Positions 47,379-61,224 of a DNA stretch of 64,000 bases are shown one piece after another (position 1 is the first letter of the stretch; every line of letters begins with the position of its first letter). Under the pieces are notes generated by a model, which worked only from the letters and a program-made list of their open reading frames with translations, was not told the origin of the DNA and searched no databases. Source of the DNA: Mobula hypostoma (lineage: Eukaryota); contig NC_086109.1 in NCBI RefSeq assembly GCF_963921235.1, positions 21,330,001 through 21,394,000 of the forward strand, in the 5' to 3' direction. The translations under genes and the position numbers were made by a program.

Positions 47379-48274
47379 CCTTCAGAGCTCATTGTGTCCT
47401 GACGTGGAAAATGGATTACCGGTGCTTTGGAAGTTCCACTGCAGAAGATGAACCTGTTGACATTTAATTGGAAAATCTGAGTGATTTCCTCTGTGTCTTA
47501 CCCAAGAGTGCTAGTTGAGACAGTGTAGATTGATGCTTACTCCATATTGTCATTGCCGATTAACTGGACTCTAATGGCTGGCACTCGTTCCTCAATCATT
47601 ATTTATTTACTTGTGCGCAAGGAGAACAGCATGGTCCCTGCCACTAAACTGCTCTGAAGGCTGAACAAAGAAATGCCATTTTTATACAGAAATTGACTAG
47701 TTGTATAGAAATATTGATCCAATAGAAACTTTGTGCACTTCTGAATCCTGTCATTTGCATATTTCAGGTGTTAATAACCAATCAAATCTACATGTTAAAG
47801 GCCAATAACACTTGAGAATTAGTAAAAATAATTGCCAAATAGGGTTGTCATAGAATTCTTCATTTGCATCTTCATCTTGTCTTGGCATGCTCGGTTACCT
47901 TGGTTCCCAGGCTTGAACAAAAAGGCTGCACAGAGATTTGGGCTTTCAAGGACCTTGTTCAGCCTGGGTGATTGCACTATGCACACTGTCTCTGACTGTT
48001 ACCTTGGTGTACTTTCTCGCATAGAAAGGCTGTGCTCTGTTCTGTTAGCACACATTTTAACCCTTGTTTTGCTGCAATTACGACAATATTATACCTGTGA
48101 CATACTGCTATTTCTTATGAGAGAATACAGAGGGAGCCTCATTTTGTTTCTACCCATGTTGTACCTACAATGGACTTGTTTGATAGTATGGAATGACAAG
48201 AGATTTCAGAGCTGGAATTCTGGAGCAATACGAAAGCTGGAGTGATGCAAAAGGCCAGGCAGCACCTAAGGAAT

Positions 48275-48480
48275 TTTATTGAGTTCCACTCCGTACCAAT
48301 GGCGCATCGGGTGGCAAGCTTACCTTTTCTTTAGCACCTGTCTGTTTTTGTATGAGGTCGAGTTGCTAGTTCAATGCTCAACCCAGCGTAGATGGAAAGT
48401 GTGCCAGGAACTGGCCGGATTCAAAGCCAGGACCACTCGCCTCGAAGTCTGGTGCGGATGCCACCACACCGCCGGCTGGC
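48275..48480 (-). mobile_element. tRNA-derived SINE nested in a Penelope pLTR remnant
   Basis: Minus strand: gccagccggcggtgtggtggcatccgcaccagacttcgagg..ggctttgaatccggc (A/B box-like). Confidence 0.55.
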
Positions 48481-49925
48481 TGTCTGTGGAAGGAACTGAC
48501 TGCTTTTTCGAGTTGAGACCCTTCATAGAATCTTAAATCTTGGAAGCAAACCTTCTGGTCCACGCTGACTATCATGCACCCATTTAAAGTAATCCTACAT
48601 TTAACTCATTCTATTCTCACTACGTTCCCACCAACAACCTACTGCACCTCCCCATCAACCGGACCCATCTGATACTACTCTACTGAGGGACATGTTTGAT
48701 AGAAGAATTCGGAGATGCTTTAAGAAGCGTTTTATTCCATATCTAACCCTTGCTCTTTTTGTCTGAGGAATATTCAATGCTAAAACTGTTGCAGCCACGT
48801 ACTTCACACTAGAGCGGTGGAGAGGTAGTGGGGGGTGGAAAGGACGGACAACAGAAAAAAAGTCACAGAAGAAAGATTTAAAATAAATCTAATTTAGAGT
48901 CTGCAGTGAAATTCTCGCTGCAGTGTGATATTCTAGCCATGTTAGTTAAGCTTGAAGCTATGACTTTGTATAAATCACACTGTGTAAACCAGTCTTTCTT
49001 TCTGCACATCCATTTTTACTTGTTCTTGTGAAGAATCTATTTTTGAAGCTGTAATTATTTCAGTGCCCACTCAGTAACAAGGCTAAGAGAAGAGAACCCC
49101 AATGGTGGATCCCTGCTTGGCATATTTCTCTCACTTTTGGGCACTTCCCCATCCATTGCAAAGGCTTGTGCATTCTCTGATTCTGAATGTTTCACAATCA
49201 GCACACAGGAGACCTTTGTGTAGAAGTTCAATACCTTAATTGGTTCAGTAAATTGTTTCAAGAATTCCAATGTACGGCAATGCTCCCAGGCAGGCCCTAT
49301 CTTCTGCACTCAGCTCTCAATAATGGCCTGACTGGGACCATGCTTAAAGAATGAATTTCATTTCTAAAATACCTTTTCTGACTAAAGTACATCTCAAACT
49401 GTTTCCAACCAGTGATGTGTAGTCACTGTTGTAATGTTGGGCATCTTGCAGCCACTTTAGGTGCAATTTAATTGAGAGATGTCAGAAAAGATGCTACATA
49501 AAGGCAAGTTTCTCTTTTCTTTAGTGACTCATCTAACCTCATTAGATCTTCCAGTGTCGCCTTAATTTTGTTCAGTAGCTGCTGCTGAACTTCGTCTTGG
49601 TCATGGGGGATCTCATTTAGAATGCACCTTGAAGGAATAATGAGGTCTGAAAAGCAAAAAATAGGTCAAAGTCATGACAAGGTCAGACTGGCTTGCAGAA
49701 GACACCTGCAGGACTGAGAGAAAAATCCAAACTGAAACCCCTTATTATGAAAGGGAGTTTATGGCATCATTCTCAAGCTAACTTGCCAATATTCTTTTTT
49801 TTTCCCCTGTCCCCCCAACATTCTTTAAATCTTCTCAATTTTCCTGAAACCTCCTTCCCAAAGTTCTTTGAATTTTCATCTGCTTACAGTATATTCCTGG
49901 TATTGGGAAACAAATCATCCTAATG

Positions 49926-50005
49926 CAGGGATTCACAACCTTTTATATGCCATGGACCCTTCTCATTAACTGAGGGGTCCGTGGACCCCACGTTGGTAAC
50001 CCCTG
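49926..50005. mobile_element. 80-bp hAT-type MITE
   Basis: TIRs CAGGGATTCACAACC / GTTGGTAACCCCTG; 8-bp TSD TCCTAATG at 49918-49925 and 50006-50013. Confidence 0.85.
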
Positions 50006-50729
50006 TCCTAATGTTTTCAGAAACTTTTGTCAATATTTTCTTTTCTCTGTTACTCCTACCAATTTTACCCAATATTCTTCAGACTTCTGTCTAATATTTC
50101 ACCAACTTACTTCCCAATATTGTTCTGGTCTTCTACCCAGAATTCCTCAAAGTTTCTTTATAAAATCTTTATAAAAATCAGGCAAGGGATGACAGGATTA
50201 GGATCACAGCTTGCCGTTCCGTCTTTTTGCTGAACATTGTGGTGGAGATATATTTGGACAATGTGAAAAATGAAATGATTCCTGATAGTCAGCTAAGAAG
50301 TATTAACAAAGCCCAATAGTTTCAATGACACATTCCAGGGTTCACCTCCCATCAGCAAGCAAACAGTATCCAAGTACGACTTTCTCACTGTTAAACATAG
50401 AATCATGCTCCCCATGTTAGGTGGGATGTGTTAGATTTTGTTCCTGTTGTGTTTCCCACGGTGTGTAGTGTGTTGAAAATTACTTTTTAACTCAATTTAA
50501 TTCAGTATCACACCTTTAATTATAAATAACTGAACTGTGATTTATTATTTGTCATTCAGTTATTCTAATTAATGTATTAAAAATCTTGTGTCTGAATATC
50601 CTTTCCATATAATATACACCTTCGTTACTTAGTTACTTTCATTCTATTTTGAGATACAACTCAGTAACTGGTCCTTCAGGCTCAATGAGCCCATGCCACA
50701 CAATTACACCCTTATGACCAATTAACTTG

Positions 50730-51298
50730 TATCTACAAATCTCTGGTGAGACCACACTTAGAGTATTGTGTTATGTTCTGGTCACCCCATTACAGGAAGG
50801 ACGTGGAAGCTATGGAGAGGGTGCAGAGGAGATTTACCAGGATGTTGCCCGGATTGGAAAACAAGTCTTATGAGGCAAGGTTAGCAGAGCTGGGACTTTT
50901 CTCTTTGGAGCGTAGAAGGATGAGAGGGGATTTGATAGAGATCTACAAGATTATGGGAGGCATAGATAGGGTGGATAGCCAGTACCTGTTTCCCAGGGCA
51001 CGAATAGCAAACACCAGAGGGCATATGTACAAAGTTAAGGGAGGGAAGTTTAGGGGAGACATCAGGGGTAAGTTTTTTACACAGAGGGTTGTGGGTGCCT
51101 GGAATGACTTGCCAGGGATGGTGGTGGAGGCTAAAACATTAGGGGTATTTAAGAGCTTCTTGGACAGGCATATGGATGAAAGAAAAATAGAGTGTTACGG
51201 GGTAGTGCGGGTTTAGTACTTTTTTTTAGGGATATATGGGTTGGCACAACATTGAGGACCGAAGGGCCTGTACTGTGCTGTAGTATTCTAGTGTCTAG
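50730..51298 (+). mobile_element. CR1 3' fragment inserted in a minus-strand V-SINE (50640-50730 and 51300-51420)
   Basis: ORF 50746-51216 RPHLEYCVMFWSPHYRKD..FFTQRVV; ctagtgtctagt tail. Confidence 0.88.
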
Positions 51299-52289
51299 TA
51301 TCTTTGGGAGAAAACCAGAGCACCCAGAAGAGACCCAAGCAGTCATAGGGAGAATATACAAACTCCTTACAGACAGTGGCAGAATTGAACCTACTGTAGG
51401 TCGTCGGTGCTGTGATAGTTAGGATACATGGACACTGTAATAACTTGTGCTCACAGTTACTATAGGAATCATAGTGGTAAGTATCCAGTACTTACATCTA
51501 CCAGCCAGTGGACTCACCTTTGACAGATGACTCCCAAGTGAGATTAGACGCGAGGAAAAACCCAGCCCTTAGAATTTATTTCCCCAACTTTTTCTCTATA
51601 TTCTCAGGTATTTATCTGCTTCCCCTTTGGAAGCAGTACTTGATAATGTCTTAACAACTTTCAGGTAAAATAATGACCTCGTTATGTATTCTTGCACTAT
51701 ATATGTTTGTTGCTGGCAAGGCTTGTGTTAAATATACATCCATAGTTGTTCCTCAGCAGTGCCTGTCCTTCTGCAGTGTGTGTGAGGAAGGCAAGCCAAT
51801 AGTGGTATTAAGTAGGAAAGTCTAAATTTTGACCCTGTGGCAACCGTGGGGCATTTGTTCAAGGAGGTAAGTAAATGATGTGGATTTGTAGATAATGAAA
51901 TCATAAGAAAATAGTAAGTAGGAATATTACAAGGTGATAGTCTATTAACCCTGCTCTGCCTTCAATATGAAGTGGTTTGCCTGATCTTAGCTTCTGCTCC
52001 ACTTATTCCAAAATTAGGCTTTCTCATTCCATATTCTTGCTTAAGGGGGAGAAATATTATCCAAGCATCTGCCTTGTCAAGTGCCCTCAGAATTTTAGAA
52101 GCTTCAATAAGTTCACCACGCATCTACCTAACTCCAAATTATCACTCCAATCTGCTCCTCCTTTCCCCAGAAAGCATGCAGGATGTTCTTGTATCTTATG
52201 ATGTTATTGAATATGAATTCACATGACTTATTTATATCCAGATGCAATTATAATGCAATATACTAAACAATATACTAATATACTAAACA

Positions 52290-52835
52290 TACAGTGCAGT
52301 AAGAGGTTAAAAATGCAAATGATATGTTGGCTTCCATGGAAGAGGTTTGGAGTACAGGATGTCTTACTATGATGATGTAGGGACTTGGTTAGACCACCCT
52401 GAAGTACTGTATGCAGAACAGATATGCTTAGAATAAAGGGAGTGCAGCACACGATCACCAGACTGATTCCTGGGGTGGCAGAACTGTCATATGAGGAGAA
52501 ATTTGGTTGACTTATTCTCTATTCAACGGAGCTTAGAAGAATGAGAGAGGATCTCATTGAAACAAGCAAAATTCATACAATACTGGACAGACATGGGGTG
52601 GATGGTTTCCTGGCTATGAATTCCCTACCTCAAAAGGCAGTGGATGTCAAGTTGCTGAATAAATTTAATAAGGTAGATTGATTTTTCAGACACAAAATTC
52701 ATGAAAGGATTTGGACAGAGAGGAGGAATATGTTATTGATATAGAAGATCAGCCATAGTTATATTAAATTGTGGAATAGGCTTTAAGGGCTTGAATGGCT
52801 TACTTGTGAGTCTACATTTTTCCATATTTCTATGT
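52290..52835 (+). mobile_element. Old CR1 3' fragment
   Basis: ttggttagacca.cctgaagta.., agaagaatgagagaggatctcattgaaac, 3' UTR. Confidence 0.65.
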
Positions 52836-53129
52836 ATCACCTCTAAGCTGCCCCAATGCAAGTATATCCCTCTTCAGTAATGCAGCCATTACTGATTACA
52901 ATAATCCTGGTGTAGTCTCAACATTATCCCAAACAAAAGTAGCACAACATCCCATATTTTCAAACTCAAACCTCTTTGCAAAAAAAGGCCATCATCCCAC
53001 TGCTTTCATAATTCCTTGCTGCACCCCTATGCTAACTTGCTCTGTTTCACATAAGAAGGCATCAAAGTTCTGCCAAATTTCTGTATTAATATTCTGCATT
53101 TTTATTCTTCCAATCAAAGTGAATAACAA

Positions 53130-54225
53130 CATACACACAATGCTGGAGGAACTCAGCAGACCAAGCAGCATCTAGGAAAAGAGTACAATCGATGTTTCAG
53201 GCCGAAACCCTTTGGCAGGTCTGGCGATAAAAGCTGAGGAGTGGATTTAAAAGGTGGGGGAAGGAGAGACAGAAAGGTGATAGGTGAAACCTGGGTTGAG
53301 AAGGATGAAGAAAAGAGCTGGGAAGTTGATTGGTGAAAGAAAGAAAGGGGGGGAGGAGCACCAGAGGAGGACGATGGGTAGACAAGGACGGATGGAAAAG
53401 GGGATGGGAAATGGCGAAGCTGGCGTGGGGTATTACCAGAAATCGATGTTCATGCCATCAGGTTGGAGGCTATCCAAATAAAATGTAAGGTGTTGTTCCT
53501 CCAACCTAAGTGTTGCCTCATCACGACAGTGGAGGAGGTCATGGATGGACATATCGGAATGGGAATGGGAAGAGGAATTAAAATGGGTGGCAACTGGAAG
53601 ATCCTGCTTTTTCTGGTGGATGGAGTGTAGGTGCTTGGCGAAGTGGTCTCCCAATCTATGTCGGGTCTCACCGATATATAGGAGGCCACACCGGGAACAC
53701 TGAACACTGTATATCAGCCCAACAGACTCACAGGTGAAGTGTCGCCTCACCTGAAAGGACTGTTTAGGGATCTGAAAGGGAGTGAGGGAGAGGTGTAGGG
53801 GCAGGTGTTGCACTTGTTCCACTTGCAAGGATAGGTGTCAGGAGGGAGGCCAGTGGGGAGGGATGAATGGACAAGGGAGTCACATAGGGAGGGATCCCTG
53901 TAGAAGCAGAAAGTTGGGGGTAGGGTAAGATGTGCTTGGTGGTGGGATCCCATTGGAGATGGTGGAAATTTCAGAGAATTATCTGCTGGACATGGAGGCT
54001 GCTAGGGTGGTAGGTGAGGACAAGAGGAACCCTATCACTGGTAGGGTGGCAGGAGGATGGGGTGAAGGCAGATTTGCATGAAATGGAAGAGATGCAGTTG
54101 AGGGCAGCATTGATGGTGGAGGAAAGGAAGCCTCTTTCTTTGAAGAGGAGAGCATCTCCTTCATTGTAGAATGAAAAGCCTTATCCTGCAGCGGAGATGG
54201 AGGAATTGACAGAAGGGGATGGCAT
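53130..54225 (-). mobile_element. Penelope-like element 3' part
   Basis: ORF 53433-53828 FTCESVGLIYSVQCSRCGLLYIGET.HRLGDHFAKH (GIY-YIG); pLTR at 53130-53220. Confidence 0.9.
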
Positions 54226-54599
54226 TGTGGTCATGGAGAAACAGTATCAGGGCAACTGGAATCCATCAATACTGGCTGAGGCACTTAAGCGAGAAGCCTC
54301 AGACAATGAGTACAAATGAAAATCATCAACAAAACAATTTTAGCTTAGTTGAACTATTGCAAAGTATCAGCACAATTATGCAATTAAGCACATTATATTC
54401 AATAAAAGTTACTTTCTTGTTTACCCAAATTCTTACATGATGTAAGTAGTCTGAAATTATATTAATGTTCAGCTTAAAGCAGTCTATCATAAACAAAACA
54501 AAATCTGAGGAAGGAAAACTTCTGAAAAAAATTATTGTCCAGTGTTATTGGCTAAGAGCTCTAACTTGTTACAACATTATAGGGAATATAAAACCTACA

Positions 54600-54985
54600 G
54601 TGGTAGTAGTGCGATCACTCGTGTCGAGTATAATGGGGTTGTCCAGGGTGGATTTCCTTAATGGAGAACACCTGTGCGTGACTTTGTTTAACGTGGGGAG
54701 GCTGACGCATGGGCAGCCACCACAGGTCCTTGACAGATCGGGGTCGGGGTCAGGGTCAGGATCCAGTGGCATGGAACACAAGATGACTGGAGACACTTCC
54801 CTGCTGTAGCCTTCACAATCCTTGAGATGTATCATCATCTTCGCCAGTTCCTGGTACGCTCGCTCTTTGTCTGGAACTTCCCCGTTGACTAAATCACCAT
54901 GGGTAAACTCCAGATGGTATAGTTCTCGGGATCTCAGGAATTCGCAAGCCTCTCCACCATAACACGGTGACGACCCTCGGAGAGG
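54600..54985 (-). mobile_element. RTE-related non-autonomous element
   Basis: Minus-strand start gtcaccgtgttatggtggagagg resembles RTE 5' ends; (cta)n-like tail. Confidence 0.45.
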
Positions 54986-55110
54986 AAACCTACAGATGCT
55001 ACATTGACGATGTAGATGGGTTGTTATTGCTGAGGAATAATGCCAGAGTTAAAACAATTTTTGCAGCACCTTTGGGGATGAGAAAGCAGAAAGCAGAGAA
55101 GAAATGAAGG

Positions 55111-58100
55111 TCATAAGTCCATAAGACATAGGAGCAGAATTAGGCCGTTTGGCCCATCGGGTCTGCTCCGCCATTCAATCATGGTTGATCTTTTATTCCA
55201 TTTCTCAACCCCATTCCCTGGCCTTCTCCCCATACCTTTGATGCCATGCCTAATCAAGAAGCTATCAATCTCTGCCTTAATACACCAAAAAACCTGGCCT
55301 CCATAGCTGGCTGTGGTAACAAATTTCACAAATTCACCACCCTCTGGCTAAAGAAATTTCTCTACATCTCTGTTTTAAATCGACACCCTTCTATCCTGAG
55401 GTTGTGCCCCCTTGTCCAAGACTCCCCCACCATGGGAAACATCCTTTCCGTATCTACTCTGTTTAGGCATTTGAAAGGTTTCAATGAGATCCCCCCTCAT
55501 CTTTCTAAATTCCAGTGAGTACAGACCCAGAGCCATCAAACCTCATATGATAAACCCTTCATTCCCGAAATCATCCTTGTGAACCATCTCTGAAGCCTCT
55601 CCAATGCCAGCACATATTTTCGTAGATGAGCAGCCCAAATCTGTACACAATACTCAAGGTGAGGCCTCACCATCCCGCTCTTGTATTCTAGACCTCTTGA
55701 AATGAATGATATCATTGCATTTGCCTTCCTCACCACCAGCTCAGCCTGCAAGTTAACCTTTAGGGTGTTCTGCACGAGGACTTCCAAGTCCCTTTGCATC
55801 TCAGATTTTTGGATTTTCTCCCCATTTAGAAAATAGTTTCCACATTTATTTCTACTACCAAGGTGCATGACCATGAGCTTTCCAACATTATATTTCATTT
55901 GCCACTTTCTTGCTCATTCTCCTAATCTGTCTAAGTCCTTCGGTAGCCTACCTGTTTCCTCAACACTACCTGCCCCTCCACCAATCTTTGTATCTTCTGC
56001 AAACTTGGCAATAAAGCCATCTATTCCATCAACTAACTCATCTATATACAGCATAAAAAAATTTGATCCCAACACAGACCCCTGCAGAACTCCACTAGTC
56101 ACTGGCAGCCAACCAGAAAAGGATCCTTTTATTCCTATTCACTGCCTCCTACCAATCAGCTAATGCTCTAACCAAGTTAACTTTCCTGTAATACCATGAG
56201 CTCTTAACTTGTCAAAGGCCTTCTGGAAGTCCAAATATACAACACCTACTGCATGCCCTTTATCTGTTCTACTTGTAATCTCCTCAAAGAATTCCTATAA
56301 GTTTGTCAGGCAAGATTTTCCCTTAAGAAATCCATGCTGACATTGTCCTAACTTGTCCTGTGTCACCAAGCACTCCATAACCTCATCCTTAACAATTGAC
56401 TCCAACATTTTCCCAACCACTGAGATCAGGCTAACTGGTCTATAATTTCTTTTCTGCTGCCTTCCTCCTTTCTTAAAGAGTGGAGTAACATTTGCAATTT
56501 TCCAGTCCTCTGGCACAATGCCAGAATCTAATGATTTTTGAAAAATCATTGCTAATACCTTCACAATCTCTACCGCTACCTTTTTCAGAACCCTAGGGTG
56601 CAGTTCATCTGGTTCGAGTGACTTATGGTCTTTCAGCTTTTTGAGGACCTTTTGCTATGTAATAGTAACTGCACTCACTTCTCTTCCCTCACACCCATCA
56701 ACTTCTGGCACACTGCTAGTATCTTCCACAGTAAAGACTGATGCAAAGTACTCATTTAGTTCATCTGCCATTTCCTTGTCCTCCGTTATTATGAAACTGG
56801 CCTCATTTTCTAGCAGTTCTATATCCACTCTCATCTCTCTTTTATTTTGTACATACTTGAAAAAGCCTTTGCTATCCACTTTGATATTGTTTGCTAGCTT
56901 GCTTTCATATTTCATCTTTTCCCTTCTAATGATTCTTTTAGTTGCTCTGCATATTTTTAAAAGCATCTCAACCCTTTATCTTTCCACTAATTTTTGCCTC
57001 GTTTGTATACCCTCTCTTTTGTTTTTACATTAGCTTTGACTTACCTTGTCAGCCATGGTTGTATATTTTGCCATTTGGCTATTCATTTTCGGAATACATC
57101 TGTCCTGCACTTCCTCATTTTTCTCAGAAACTCAGGCCATTTCTTCTCTGCTGTCATCCCTGCCAGCAGCTCCTGTCAATTCACTTTGACCACTCTTCTC
57201 TCATACCACTGTAATTTCCTTTACTCCACTGAAATACTGCTATGTCAGACTTTGCTTTCTCTGTATCATCTTTCAAGTTGAACTCAATCATATTGTGATC
57301 ATTGACTCCAAATTGTTCTTTTACCTTAAGGTCTCTAATCGCCTCCAGTTCATTACATAATGCCCAATCCAGTATAGCTGATCCCCTTGTAGGCTCAATG
57401 CCAAACTGCTCTAAAAAGCCATCTCATAGGCATTCAACAAGTATTCTCTCTTGAGATCCATTACCAACCTGATTTTCCCAATCACCCTGTATGTTATGAT
57501 CTCCCATGACTGTCATAACATTGCCCTTTTGGCATGCCTTGTCTATTTCCTGTGGTAATCTGTGGTCCACATCCCAGCTACTGTTGGGAGGCCTAAATAT
57601 ACCTGTCACCCAAGTCCTTTTACCCTTGCAGTTTTTTAATAATCTTGTGTCTGCTCCTCTGAGTATTGAGTCCCCTATCACTGCCACTCCCCTGTTCTCC
57701 CTCTTGACCTTCTGCACCACGGACCCTTGCTCAGTGCCAGTAACCTGGTCTCCGTGACATTCTCCTGGGAGGTCATCCCCCACTACAGTATCCAAAACTG
57801 TATACTTATTTTTGAGATGTATGTCCACAGGGATGCTCTGCACTAACTGCCTATTCACATTTTCACAAGGATTCAACATCGTCTGATCCGATGTCACGTC
57901 TTTCCACTGATTTGATGCCATTCTCTACCGGCAGAACCATGCCACCCCTCTGCCTACCTTCCTATACCTCCAATACAACGTGTAACCTTGGACATTCAGC
58001 TCCCAACTACAGCCATCGTTCAGCCACGATTCAGAGATGGCCACAAGATCATACGTGACAATCTGTAATAGTGCAACAAGATCATCCACCTTATTTCTCA

Positions 58101-59230
58101 TAGTCTGTGCATTGTGATATAACACTCTGATACTCGCCGTGCTGGCTGCAATTTGTCCTATCATCTTGCCTTTCTTGACAGCCTAATTGCACGCTATCTT
58201 TGCTTTTTTTACCATTCATCCTATCCTGAGTCCCCTCACTTTGGTTCCCAACCCCCTGCCAAATTAGTTTAAACTCTGCCCAACAGCTCTAACAAACCTG
58301 CCCGCAGGAATATTTGTCCTCCACTGGTTCGGGTGCAACCCGTCCCTTTTGTACACCTCCCCCAGAAGAGATCTCAATGAGCCAAGAACTTGAAGCCCTG
58401 CCCCCTGCACCTGCCTCTCAGCCACACATTTATCAGCCAAATCATCCTATTTCTAGCACGTGGCACAGGTAATAGTCAATAGGCAATAGACAATAGGTGC
58501 AGGAGTAGGCCATTCGGCCCTTCGAGCCAGCACCTACTGATCATCCACAATCAGTACCCCGTTCCTGCCTTCTCCCCATATCCCTTGACTCCACTATCTT
58601 TAAGAGCTATATCTAACTGTTTCTTGAAAACAGCCTGAGAATTGGCCTCCACTACCTTCTGAGGCAGAGCATTCCAGTCCAGGTAGAATCCAGAAATTAC
58701 TATCCTGGAGGTCCTGCTTCTCAGTTTTCTGCCTAGTTCTCTAAATTCTCTCTTCAGGACCTCTTTGTTTTTCCATCCTATGTCATTGGTACCAATCATT
58801 GGCCGCTCTCCCTCCCTCTGTAAGGTGCTGTGGACACAATCCAAGATGTCCCTGACCCTGGCACCTGGGAGGCAACATGCCACCCCAGTGTCCCGTTCAC
58901 GTCCACAGAATCTCCTGTCTGTTCCACTGAGTATTGAGTCCCTTATCACTGCCACTTCCCCCCTCTCCCCCTTTACCTTGCTCAGTGCCAGTAATCTGGT
59001 CTCTGTGGCATTCCCCTGGGAGGTCATCCCCCACTACAGTATCCAAAACTGTATACTTACTTTTGAGGTGAATGGCCACAGGGGTGCTCTGCACTAACTG
59101 CCTATTCACACTTCCATTTCTCCTGACAGTCACCCAGCTACTCACCTCCTGCAACTTCAAGGATGCCCTTCACACAGATGTCGTTCCCTGGGAGACTCTG
59201 GGTCTCCTAGAGCTCTAACATCCAGCATGA
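55111..59230 (-). mobile_element. Degenerate CR1 LINE with ORF1 and ORF2 remnants, a duplicated ORF1 piece and a nested CR1 3' end (58472-58680)
   Basis: ORF1 (VIRDSIL..CCLPGARVRD..IGTND), APE (LVAISESWL, FRPPNSS) and RT (NYRPVSL, QHGF, GVLQGSVLG) fragments. Confidence 0.9.
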
Positions 59231-59745
59231 AGAACACACAGCAGACATTTACTACACTAAGCACAGCAAGAGAGAGAGAAGAAAGGAAGCTTAACAGAAG
59301 TTTAGTTAACTGACCTGGCTGTACTATGAGTTGTGTGGGCTCTTGCAAAGTGCAACACAAGAGACAGCGAACCATTAGTTTGCAGCACAGAGAGCAACAC
59401 AGAGGTTGGTAGAATTCAACACATGGGAAATTTGAAAGTGAAGTCACCATTTAGATGTGGAATAATGAAATAAAGTGGGAGGCAAGTTCAGACAAGATAC
59501 ATAGCCAGCCAGTTGGGTGTGCGTAAGTATAGATGATTTGTGAGTCATTGATAGACAGCATTGAAAAGATAGAAATGTTCTTTCTGGCTAGTGACATTCC
59601 TGAGGTAAAAGACCATGCTGAGAACTGAATACTGTAGTGAGAGAATGAAGTGAAGTGATTTTATTGATAGAGCAAAGCTCTGAAACATTGCATATTCATT
59701 AATCCACTGCCACATAAGGCCAAGGCTGCTTCTTTCACAGAAGTG

Positions 59746-60110
59746 CACTCAGCAACCACTTTATTAGGTACCTCCTGTACTAATAAAGTGGCCACAGAAT
59801 TTACCTTCATGGCCTCTGCTGTTGTACAACATCCGTTTCAAGATTCGACATGTGTGTTCAGAGATGACCTCCTGCACATACTGCTGTTGTAACACGTGTT
59901 TATTTGAATTACTATTGCCTTCCTGTCAGCTTGAACCTGTCCAGCCATCCTCTTCTGACCTCTCTCATTTAAAAGGCTTTTTCGCCGACAGAACAGCTGC
60001 TGACTGGATGTTTTTTACTGTTTCTCGAACCATTCTTTGTAAACTCTAGAGACGAGACTGTTGTGTGTGAAAGGGCTAGGAGATCAGCAGTTTCTGAGAT
60101 AATCAAACCA
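59746..60110 (-). mobile_element. Tc1-like non-autonomous transposon fragment
   Basis: Homologous to 18151-18500, including the terminal TIR palindrome. Confidence 0.75.
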
Positions 60111-60144
60111 CAAAATGTTGCTTGTGTTAGACCAAAGGATATGT

Positions 60145-60465
60145 CACCATTATCATCATGTGCCGTGCCATATGATGTGGGTGATTATGATTTTATTTGT
60201 GACCATGATTGTTCTTGGCAATTTTTTTCTACAAAAGTGGTTTTCCATTGCCTTCTTCTGGGCAGTGACTTCACAGGACGGGTGACCCCAGCCATTATCA
60301 ATACTCTTCAGAGATTGTCTGCCTGGCGTCAGTGAACAGGACTTATGCACGAGCTGCTCATATGACCGTGGCTCCCATGGCTTCATGTGACTCCGATGGG
60401 AGGGCTAAGCAGATGCTACACCTTGCCCAAGGGTAGCTTGCAGGCTAGCGGAGTGAGGGAGTCTC
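60145..60465 (-). mobile_element. RTE-related SINE
   Basis: Minus strand contains agaaggcaatggaaaaccactt; (tga)n-like tail. Confidence 0.5.
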
Positions 60466-61224
60466 CATCCTGCCACCCAAAAGAACAGGAGGCAAATCCA
60501 AGCACAAAGCAACAGACCACAGTGGTGTTCCCAATGCACAGAGAAGATGATTTTTTGACACTGTAAACAGAGAGGGGCACTGCATATAATAGACAATGCA
60601 GATTTCAAGCTAAAGAATATCTATGCCACTGGTGGCAATGGCCTGATGGAACAAGATTTCAAAGTCACAATATTTGTCAATGAAATGTTGTTGGCAATGC
60701 AGGTTGGAAGGGCAGTGATATCGTACTTGATTATTGGAAAGGGTGCCTTTGAAAAGAAGTTCAGACAATTACCTTTAATACAACTCAGGTGATTTTTTTT
60801 TGAAGGTATAGTGTTAATTGCAATATATAACACGTTATTACGGTTAGTGACCGGAATTTTCTATTTTAGCAACTGAACACATTGAGTGACTCATTTTACC
60901 GGGCAAGGACTGGCTGAAAATGCTAAAGTTAAGGTGATTAGTCAGCATCAAATTGTATGTGCAAACATAGCTATCCAGACATGATATCTAAATGCCCTAA
61001 ATGCCCAAGGCATTGTATACAACACACAAAATTGCTTTACACCTGACATCAAGCCAGTTCATTACAAACCTTCACCAGTGTTTTACTCCTTAAAGAGCCA
61101 AGTGGAAAGAGAGTTAGCCAAACTAGAAAAAAAGGAGACTTCTATTGATAACAACTCAAAGGGAATGGACAACACCAATCATGGTAGCATCAAAGACTGA
61201 CCACATGATCAGATTGCATGGAAG

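Larger units (their letters stand above)
59520..61222 (+). mobile_element. Ancient Gypsy gag-pro-RT remnant (interrupted)
   Basis: EKIEMFFLASDIPE (gag-like); VTIFVNEMLLAMQV..GKDWLKML (protease-like); PDIKPVHYKPSPVFYSLKSQVERELAKLEK..EWTTPIMVASKTDHMIRLHG (RT start). Confidence 0.6.
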
